A stretch of 64,000 nucleotides of DNA from Octopus vulgaris (Eukaryota). Position 1 is the first letter of the stretch. The number at the start of each line of letters is the position of its first letter. The stretch lies in the NCBI GenBank assembly GCA_951406725.2, contig OX597821.1, positions 117,118,001-117,182,000 of the forward strand, written 5' to 3'. The position numbers were made by a program, and so were the translations under genes. Below are positions 54,340-64,000 of this stretch, one piece after another. The notes beneath the pieces were generated by a model. It worked only from the letters and a program-made list of their open reading frames with translations. It was not told the origin of the DNA and did no database searches.

Positions 54340-54790
54340 CTACTTGGCATTTGTAAACATGAAGAAAGTCTTTAATCTTCCCTCATCTGATGATTACCAT
54401 GGAAGTTAAGGGTAGGTGAAGGGCCGATGTGAGCTGTTCATGTCATGTAAAGAAGTGCTGTTGATAAGATGAGAGCTAGCCCTTTGAGTACAACAACGAA
54501 TTTAGTGAATAGGTAAGGATTCGCCAGTTTTTCACACCCTTCCTGATTATCATTGTCCTCCAGCCTATAACAGAGGAATTTAAAAGTGGTTGTTTGTTGT
54601 AGCTCCTTTATGCTAATGACATTATTCTCATAGCTGAATCTGTAGAAGAATTAGAAAAGAAATTCTAGGTGTGGATGCAAAACCTCAAATCAAAAGGCAT
54701 TAAAGTTTACTTAGAAAAGACCAAAGTTCTAGCAAGCAGTAAAAAAGGACAAACCACGAATCCTTTCAAGAAAACGGCTTTGCTCGATAT
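54340..54790 (+). mobile_element. Decayed RTE-clade reverse transcriptase fragment
   Basis: YLAFVNMKKVFN...IIVLQPITEEFKSGCLL*LLYANDIILIAESVEELEKKF*VWMQNLKSKGIKVYLEKTKVL (YADD decayed to YAND). Confidence 0.85.
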
Positions 54791-55950
54791 GTCAACTTTG
54801 GCATCGCTTCTATGGTTGGATGCCATTCCTAACGCCATCAACTTTTACAGAAAGTATTGGCTGCTTTTCTCATGCCATCAGCACTCGCGCAGTTGCCAAG
54901 TTTCAAGATAGAAAAAGAATGGGGAGAGGAAAAAGAAAAGCCTCCCGCATCTAAGTGGGGAGTATTTAAGAGGGAAAGGCGGCTGTGGAAGTTAGCTTAT
55001 AAGGTTGATCTGAGTTTGTACTGTAAGCAATAGACATTTTGAATAAAGCAAGTTGTTTCCGATGACACGAAAAATGAGACAGCTAGAGACCAGATCAACC
55101 TCTCAGTGCATTCGAAACATTTAACAATCACATCATCGAAATCTTAAAGCTATGAGATAATGCATGATTAATTCAAAGCAATGCGAATAATTAAGCAGTA
55201 ATCAACGAATATAGGAGGGAAAGAAAAGAAACGACGTAAGTTGAGGTATGCCTGTATTTAACTCAGTGGCGAGAAGTGTATATAAAAAGATCTTCCAAGG
55301 GAGACAATGAAGATGTACTAAAACTGTAAGTTAGCTCCCTTACATTAATTGTCTCTTTATATCGGAAGCAATTTCGGTTTGGTCAGAAATATTTCTTTAG
55401 GGAAAAACGAGGATCGTATATTAATAACATCGCTAATTTCGGATTTGCAGTTTATGGTTTAATGTAATATAATATGGGGAAATCTAACGTAGTTTAAGTG
55501 TTATATTTGGAGTGATTCCAGTATATTTATGATTTAAACTATTGATCATAAGGCAGCGACGACTTGTTCCGAATATTTTGTCTTAATTGCTAAATTTAAG
55601 CAGCACGTGGTTGCAATAAAGCTTGCCAAGAAGACATGTGGCGGATGATGTATCTATTAATAGGTCTTATTTAGCCCTAGGTCAACCTCGATAGACCAGT
55701 CATGAGCATCATGTTATAACAGGGACCACACTGTCCAGTGAATCATTTTTTATTTAAGCTAGTAAGGTGTAACTTGAGGGAGATTTGGCTGCTATTAATG
55801 GACAAGGCAAATCGAGCGACTGACACACGTTTCAAGATTGACCTGTCTCTCTTTAATTAATAATAAATTAATAATAAATGTCGGCGGCGGAGGCTGTGGC
55901 GTTGTGTTGTCTTACAGGATGGTAGCAGGCTCATTTGATGAATGACTCAC

Positions 55951-56100
55951 CATAATCGACAATTATTTAAGATCCTTATTATTCATTGATATAGATATAT
56001 GTCTTTAAAAAAATATGTCTACCAAGCTAAGCAGCTGATGACATCACTGTGGAGATGCTTGACAACAGGGTTTTTATTTTGTGTGTGTGTCTCTCAACTT
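55951..56100 (-). other. Candidate exon ending in a lone ATG codon
   Basis: Minus strand ttgtcgattATG|gtgagt (ATG 55953-55951, strong donor) in a CpG-retaining region; upstream boundary unknown; no downstream coding exon identified. Confidence 0.3.
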
Positions 56101-56315
56101 CCTTGTCCTACCTGACACTCGCCATATTGGATTTACACACACACACACACACACATGTATATTCAGTCACACACACACATATATATATACACGTATATTC
56201 GCACACACACACACACACACATGTATATTCAGTCACACACATACATATATACACGTATATTCACGCACGCACACATACATACGTATATTCAGTCACACAC
56301 ACACGTATATTCAGT

Positions 56316-56347
<32 letters not shown>

Positions 56348-59300
56348 CGTATATTTAATCACACACAATCACACACACGCACACATACATGTGTGAGTAT
56401 ATTTACTTTGTGTGTGTGTGTTTGTATCACTCTGGCCTCGTTTGTATCTCACATTCGAAGACACGAAAGCGAGAAACTGAGAAGGAGCTAGAAATGGAGT
56501 AATTCTTTACTTAATATACAGGTTCTCCTGCTCCCTCTCTGCCTCTCTTTCTCTTCCTCACACACACACACACACACACGGACACACACGGACACATGCG
56601 TGAGCACTTTCACACACGTATATAATATTTATGTATACACATTTAAGCAGACTAATACACACATAATATATAATACATATATATTGAATGTATTTATACA
56701 AATATATTATATATATATATATATATATAATTTTTTAAAGTAATCGTGTGTGGTATAATGAAAGATAGGCGCACTCAATATATGGGGTCGAGTTTATATT
56801 GTATATAGTATTTTTTATAAAGTAACTATATATACATATATATATGTGTGTATGTGTATATATATATATATATATAAAGTAACTATATATACATATATGC
56901 ACACACACACATATATATGCATGCGTACATTATATAGTGTGTGCTTTAGCAGTGAGAGATAAGGCCATGCTGGAGCCCCACCTTTCAAAGTAATTAAGTG
57001 CTGTGTGTGTAGTAGTAATATAGCTTTATATATCACACACACACACACTCAGAGGTACACATACACGCACAGGTATACATACACACACACACACAGAAGC
57101 ATATATATATACAGACACGTGCTAACACTCACATGAACCTCCATATTACACATTCACACACCCGTTCAGACACTCACACACACTACTACACACAGAAAGT
57201 CCCCCCCCCCACACACTACTACACACAGAAAGCACACAATATGTCCTGATAGAAAGAAAACCAGAACAAGCCTGGAATGAATTGTTGAAATCTGTTCAAT
57301 AGCAGCAGCCGAGGAGGCAGAAGGAGGGACTTGGTTTCAACTGAACAGGATCGTGTTTGTTATCTCTTCAGCCAAACTTCAACAACAAAATAATGAAAAT
57401 CGGAAAAGATATCAAATAACAACGGGAGAGAAACATTTATTTTTATTTTAAATAAACATTGAGAAGGGTTGGAGATTGATTGCTGATAATAATAAATTAA
57501 ACGTTTCTGGTTTGGGCTTCATATCCCTCTTCCACAGTTTTTAAAATAGATCACTGACATTAATTAAGACAATATCCAGGTTTATTTGTTATATATATAT
57601 ATATTACAGTAATCTTTTTGTGGTCTGAAAAATAAGAGAGAGAGGAAAAGAGACGGAGCCGGGTACGGCTAGGAAGAGAATGGACATGGTTATATCTGTT
57701 AAAGCTGGACCATCTTGGAGTTGGTCTCTTAATGGTTTAGGGGTGGATTAATAATTGTCACTTTGACAGCTCTGGGTAAAGACTGACAAGAGCTTCCTCC
57801 GTAACAACACCCGTCTCGTTGTTTCATTGACATTTTACACTGTTCCTATTATCTATTATTTAAGTGGGTATTAAACTGAAAATGACTGTGATGGTTTCTT
57901 TCGTGAAGGTATCAGAGAGAGAAAAATAAAAAAAAAAAGCCATGCAAATTTATGCTAATTTTTTCTTTGTCTTCCGCGTCAGAAAGATTTACAAATTGCT
58001 TTCAAGGCCAACTTCTTAAAAAAAAAATAATAAGAGGGAGGAGTTTAAAACCAAATGTGTCAATATCTATATACTTGTTCCTTTATTTCATCGACCCCGG
58101 AAGAATGGATGGCAGATGTGTCCACGCCGAGATTTGAACTCAGAAACCGATAGATCACAAGGGAATAAAATAAAGTGTATTTATTCCCTGATGGAGCGAA
58201 TTATTGACGGATTTCTATAAAAAATATTCTTCCTTTTACTCGTTTTTTTTTTTTATTGCTATTTTAGTTTTGCAAATTATATTCTCTCGCGGGTTTATGA
58301 TTAATCAATAAAACAGTTTTAACATTGAAAAAAAAAAAAAAAAACAAGAAAAAAAACTAACTTTAAAAAGAAATAGAGTCATGGTGAACACCTCCTAAAT
58401 TAGCATTTACAGATTTCCGTCATTCAATACAATCCGTGAAATATCGACAAATTCGAACGAATTAAGAAGCTGCTTAACAAGTGCTTGACTTATTTATTGT
58501 CTGTGAAATTTCTACCGACGAACACAGTTTAAGAACATAATGGCATGTGTTACTATGAAGTCAGCATGGCCATTATCGGAAACATAAAAGGAATTATTCG
58601 CTCGGTCTAAGCCATAGGTTTGCTTAAACACATAGATATAATCTACAAGCTTATAGCATCTTTTAAAAACTGGTTTTATTAGAAAAACTGCCTGAAATTG
58701 AACAATATTTCATATCGGTATTTGTGAACTATAGCGTCGTTAGTAACAAACATTCAGCGGGACAATAATTGGTCCATTGTATTACTGATGCTCAGAGTAA
58801 CAAGGAACGGACTAACTCGATGCAAAGAACTTTGCCAGTTAAAAGCACGGTAATTTTTTTTTTTTTTTCGATTTACTTGCTACACCTATTATAAATCGGC
58901 TGAAGCCATAATTATACCCGCGTGTTGTAGTAGCAGCGCTGTCCAAATGTGTGACTATTAACACTGTTAAGGGTCTCACCAAAACTTTCATCTTCCTTAT
59001 CATCATCATTATCATCATCATCATTATCATCATCATCATTACCATCATCACTTAACGTCCACTTTTCCATGCTTGCATGGGTCAGACGGAATTTATTGAG
59101 GTAAATTTTCTACAGCTGAATGCTCTTCCTGTTATCAACCCTCACCTATTTCCAGGCAAGGTAATACTTCCCCATGGTCAGACTAGAAACGAAGGACCCT
59201 GCCCGTATGGAGGTGAAGCTCGTTTACAACCACCACATGCCACCTAGATAAATACACTCATATATATATATAGGCGCAGCGTGGCTGTGTGGTAAGAAGC

Positions 59301-59427
59301 TTGCTTACCAACCACATGGCTCCAAGTTCAGTCCTACTGTGTGTTACCTTGGGCAAGTGTCTTGGGTGGATTTGATAGATAGAAACTGAAAGAAGCCTGT
59401 TGTATATATATATATATATATATATAT

Positions 59428-59620
59428 AGTCAATCCAAACACGAACAAGCAAGAAAAAGCAACAATGCAAGGACAGGGAATAAGTCCAGTGTTATTGGAT
59501 GCTCAGGAAAGGAAAGAAAAGAAATAGGATTTCACGTTTTGAGCAGAGCTCTTCATCAGATATATAGAAAAAGTCCAAAGAAAGGAAGACGGAGAAAGAA
59601 AATCGCCAACGATACACACA
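59428..59620 (-). mobile_element. (TA)n-associated element with a loopless hammerhead-like motif
   Basis: Minus strand CTGATGA-agagc-tct-gctc-aAAAC-GTG at 59562-59530; homologous to 31675-31870. Confidence 0.55.
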
Positions 59621-59639
59621 TAATAACTTAGATTGGTTT

Positions 59640-60240
59640 TGGCCATTATCGGCCCAGGCCATGACTAACACAGTAGCACCACCTGGAAAAGTCTTTTAGT
59701 TAATTGTTTCAGGACACCATGGACCACTCAAGCAGAGAGTTGTTGTTGGTTGAGACGTATCCAGGTTTAGGTGGTTTATCCGGTATTTCCTGGAGGAATT
59801 TCTCCACTTACCGTCTGAAAGTTGTGGGGTCTCTTTCTACTTTAATTTCTTTTGGGATAACATTGAAAATTGCAGGACCATTTGCAGTGAAGAAATTGTG
59901 TCACAATGTTCTTATGTGATGTGAACTCGACCTTTGTAGGCGGCACATTGCACGGAGGCCTAGTCTTGGGTGAATTGTAAACATAATGCCAATATCATTT
60001 GGATAATATTGGTGGAATATTTTCCACATGGTGCAAATAATATTGCTCACAGTGGCGTTGCAGAAAATAGAGCTTCAGCTGTTTAAGTTGAGCCCAATAA
60101 TCAAGTCCCGTCATGCCATTTATTTTTTGTGATTGATCTATGTGGCGCTTCAATCCTCATTATGTCTTTTTTTTTTGTCAGGGGACCACAATAGTCAGCA
60201 GTATTTGAGGTGGGGCCCAGCAAATGTGGAGAAGAGAAGG
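59640..60240 (-). mobile_element. CR1-group LINE 3' fragment
   Basis: ICTMWKIFHQYYPNDIGIMFTIHPRLG...NFFTANGPAIFNVIPKEIK...FRR*VEKFLQEIPDKPPKPGY..NNSLLEW. Confidence 0.8.
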
Positions 60241-61169
60241 ATAATGGATATATATATATATATCTATATCTATATATGTATATATATATATGTGTGTATA
60301 GGCGCAGGAGTGGCTGTGTGGTAAGTAGCTTGCTAACCAACCATATGGTTCCGGGTTCAGTCCCACTGCGTGGCATCTTGGGCAAGTGTCTTCTGCTATA
60401 GCCCCAGGCCGACCAATACCTTTTGAGTGGATTTGGTAGAGGGAAACTGAAAGAAGCCTGTCGTATATATGTATATATATATGTATATATGTGTGTGTGT
60501 TTGTCCCCCTAGCATTGCTTGACAACCGATGCTGGTGTGTTTACGTCACTTAGCGGTTCGGCAAAAGAGACCGATAGAATAAGTACTGGGCTTACAAAGA
60601 ATAAGTCCCGGGGTCGATTTGCTCGACTAAAGGCGGTGCTCCAGCATGGCCGCAGTCAAATGACTGAAACAAGTAAAAGAGAGAGAGAGTATATATATGT
60701 GTGTGTGTGTTTGTCCCCCCCCACAATCACTTGACAACTGATGTTGATGTGTTTATGTCCCCATAACTTAGCAGTTCGGCAAAAGAAACCAAAGTATAAT
60801 TACAAAGAATAAGGCCAGGTGTTGATCCGTTCTACTAAAGGTGGTGCCCCAGCATGGTCACAGTCAAATGACTAAAACAAGTAAAAGAATAAAAGAAAGA
60901 CAAATATCTGTATGATTGATTTCTTCCAGTTTCCCTCTACCAAATGGCACATGGCTCAGTGGTTAGTGCATTCGGCTCTTGATTGTACAGTTGCGGGTTC
61001 AATTCCCAGAGGTGTATTATGTCCTTGAGTAAGACGCTTTATCATTTTATTTCATGTTGCTCCACTCAGCTGGCAAAAATGAGTTGTGTCTGTAATTCAA
61101 AGGGTCGGCCTTGTTACATTTTGTATCACACTGAATCTTTCCTGAGAACTATATTATGGGTTTGCGTGG

Positions 61170-62124
61170 CTGTGGAGTACTCAGCCACTTGTATTTTAAT
61201 TTCACGAGCAGGCTCTTCTGTTGATCAGATCCACTGGAACAAAATTCCAGTTATCTATGTACCAGATCCATTTACAAAGCTTTGCTCAGCCTGTGGTTAT
61301 AGCCAGGGCTGGCCCTAAGGTTGCTGGCACCCTGGGCAAGCTGAACTCCAGTGTGTACAAACTGATGGTTGTGGAAATCTCTTTGTCTTTGTCATGCCCT
61401 CCTTGGTATCCCCTAGCATTTGGTGCTCTGGGTGACTACCTAGGTTGCTGGTACCTTGAGCGGGGCCCTGGCTATAGCAGAAGCGACTTGTGCAACGTGC
61501 CACACAGTAAAACTGAACTGAAGACCACATGGTTTGGAAGTAAGCTTCTTAGCGACACAACAATATTGAGCTTTGTAGAGGATTAATTACTAATTAGGCA
61601 GGGATGGGGGTGAAGCATTTTCTGGCTCAAAAGAGGAAAGCCAGTCTTCGAGAAGCAGTTTTGCTGGTAATGGAAATGGATTTTAGGAATTAAGGCTACA
61701 CTGGGGCTGGGGATAAAACAGGTTAAGAAGCTTACTTCTAAATCATGTGGTCTTGAGTTCAGTTTTACTATGTGGCACGTTGCACAAGTCACGTCTGCTA
61801 TAGCCAGGGCCCCGCTCAATGTACCAGCAACCTAGGTAGTCACCCAGAGCACCATGTGCTAGGGGGCACCAAGGAGGGCATGACAAAGACAAAGAAATTT
61901 CCACAATCATCAGCTTGTACACACTGGAGTTCAGCTTGTCTAGGGCACCAGCAACCTTAGGGCCAGCCCTGGCTATAACCACAGGCTGACCAAAGCCTTG
62001 TAAATGGATTTGGTAGACAGAAAACTGGAATTCTGTTAGTTATCTCTACAAGGGTTCCAGTGGATCTGATCAACAAAAGAGCCTGCTCGTGAAATTAAAA
62101 TACAAGTGGCTGAGTACTCCACAG
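61170..62124. repeat. Inverted duplication (arms about 380 and 400 bp) of a nested SINE/hAT-MITE segment
   Basis: 61170-61551 mirrored by 61724-62124; each arm holds the same hAT MITE (61304-61470, TSD gttatagc / gctatagc). Confidence 0.92.
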
Positions 62125-62905
62125 ACTTTAACTTAAAGAAAAGGGAAACACCCTCTCCCTGCACACCCTCCCTTATTTCTATCATTGGTTTTTGCTATAT
62201 TAAAGAATTGAGTTCACCAGCAGAGATGCTCTCTGATGATGAGGCTTAATATTTGAAGGTGGTGAGCCGGAAGTATGGTTAGCATGCTAGACAAAATGCC
62301 TATTAGCCTTTTGTCCATCTGTATGTTCTGAGTTCAAATTCCACCAAGGTCAACTAAATCTTTTATCCTGTCAGGGTCATCATCATCATCATCATCATCA
62401 TCATCGTTTAATGTCCGCCTGCCATGCTAACACAGGTGGGACAGCTTGACAAGAGTTGGCGAGGCAGAAGCCCTCATCAGATTTCTGTGACTGTTTTGCC
62501 AGAGTTTTTAAAGCTGGATGCCCTTCCTAATACCGACCACCCAATGGCACAAGCACAGTTGACGTTAGTTTTAGCGAGGTTTTTACAGCTGGATGCCCTT
62601 CCAAATGCCAACCACTTTACAGTGTGGACTGGGTGCTTTTAAGTGGCACCTGCACTGACAGGGTCACCAAGTATTTGCCAGACAAAAATAAATGAATAAG
62701 TAAATATGAGTTGAGCAATAGGGGTCAATGTAATTGATTTAGTCCCTTTCCCAAAACTGCTGGTGTTGTGCAAAAGAAAAAAAGAGAACCAATATTTGGA
62801 GTGATCACAAGGGCTCAGAATCTAGCGCAGCCCCTCAGCTTACTGGCCCTGGTCAAACTGTCCTACCTATGCCATTACAGAAAACAGATGATGATGATGA
62901 TGTGT

Positions 62906-62958
<53 letters not shown>

Positions 62959-63151
62959 ATAGGTGCCGGTGTGCCTGTGTGGTAAGAAGCTTGCTTCCCA
63001 ACCACATGGTTCCGGGTTCAGTCCCACTGTGTGGCTCCTTGGGTAAGTGTCTACAGTTATAGCTTTGGGTCGAACAAAGCCTTGTGAGTGGATCTGGTAG
63101 ATGCAAACTGGAAGAAGCCCATCATATCTATATATATACATACATATATAT

Positions 63152-63185
<34 letters not shown>

Positions 63186-64000
63186 ATATCACGTGATCAC
63201 GTGACCGACCAGACCATCAGACGTTGTTACACATCGCTGGTCACAATGCGTTTGCATTGTTTTAGCCTTCGAATGACGCCACCCCGCTGGCTAAGCGTGC
63301 AGGCCATATATATATATATGTATATGTATATATATGTTTGTGTGTCTGTGCTTGTCCGTTCCACCATTGTTTCACAACCAATGTTGGTGTGTTTATGTCC
63401 CCATAACATGGCAGTTCGGCAAAAGAGACCAATAAAATAAGTACTAGACATACAAAGAATAAGTACAAAGAATATATATATAAATAGGCAGCAAGCTGAC
63501 AGAAATGTTAGCACGCCAGGCGAAATACCTAGCAGGATTTCGTTTGTCTTTACGTTCTGAGTTAAAATTCCGCCGAGGTTGACTTTGCCTTCTATCCTTT
63601 CAGGGTCGATAAATGAAGTACCAGTTGCATACTGGGGTTGATCTAATCAACTGGGCCCCTCCCCACAAATTTTGGGTCTTGTGCCTAGAGCAGAAAAGAA
63701 TCTGTAGTGGCTTCATGCAGGCATGGTGTGGATTCGATCCTTGATTGTCAAATTTCACTTAAGTTCAACAGCACTTTTCTCGTGGTAAAACAATAGTTTT
63801 CCTGTAAGTGACAGCAGTTACATTTATCAAAGCAGAATAATGCCTTCACCACTTGACCCTTCTAACCTAGGCCACCAAAAGCTAGGATAGAGATAACAGA
63901 CTTCCAACGAAATCTGTTACTCTCAACAATATGTCTGTCCTTCTGGCTGGTTTTGGATAGTTATAAAAACAAGAACTCTGTAAGCTAAAGTCAGTTAGTG

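Overview
Eukaryotic, AT-rich, almost entirely non-coding DNA. The repeat inventory (tRNA-derived SINEs with CORE-type or Meta-type cores, RTE, R4/Dong, CR1 and CRE LINE debris, MITEs, Helitrons, very dense CA/TA/TAA/ATCT microsatellites) looks like a coleoid cephalopod, probably Octopus; this is inferred, not searched. The only protein-coding sequence I can identify with confidence is exon 1 of a 1-Cys peroxiredoxin (Prdx6; minus strand, 16049-16134). It has a TATA/Inr/CCAAT core promoter, but its catalytic exon 2 was not found in the 16 kb downstream. Two further candidate promoters or first exons lie near 49.3 kb and 55.95 kb. Nearly all ORFs in the supplied track are microsatellite or SINE artefacts. 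The most interesting structure is about a dozen minimal type-I hammerhead ribozyme (HHR) motifs from several unrelated short non-coding element families. Most sit in or beside (TA)n tracts and several form fold-back hairpins. One carries a ribozyme on each strand and one is fused to a tRNA-derived head. They look like a diverse set of non-autonomous Penelope-type (retrozyme-like) ribozyme retroelements. All coordinates were read by eye; element boundaries marked approximate may be off by some bases.
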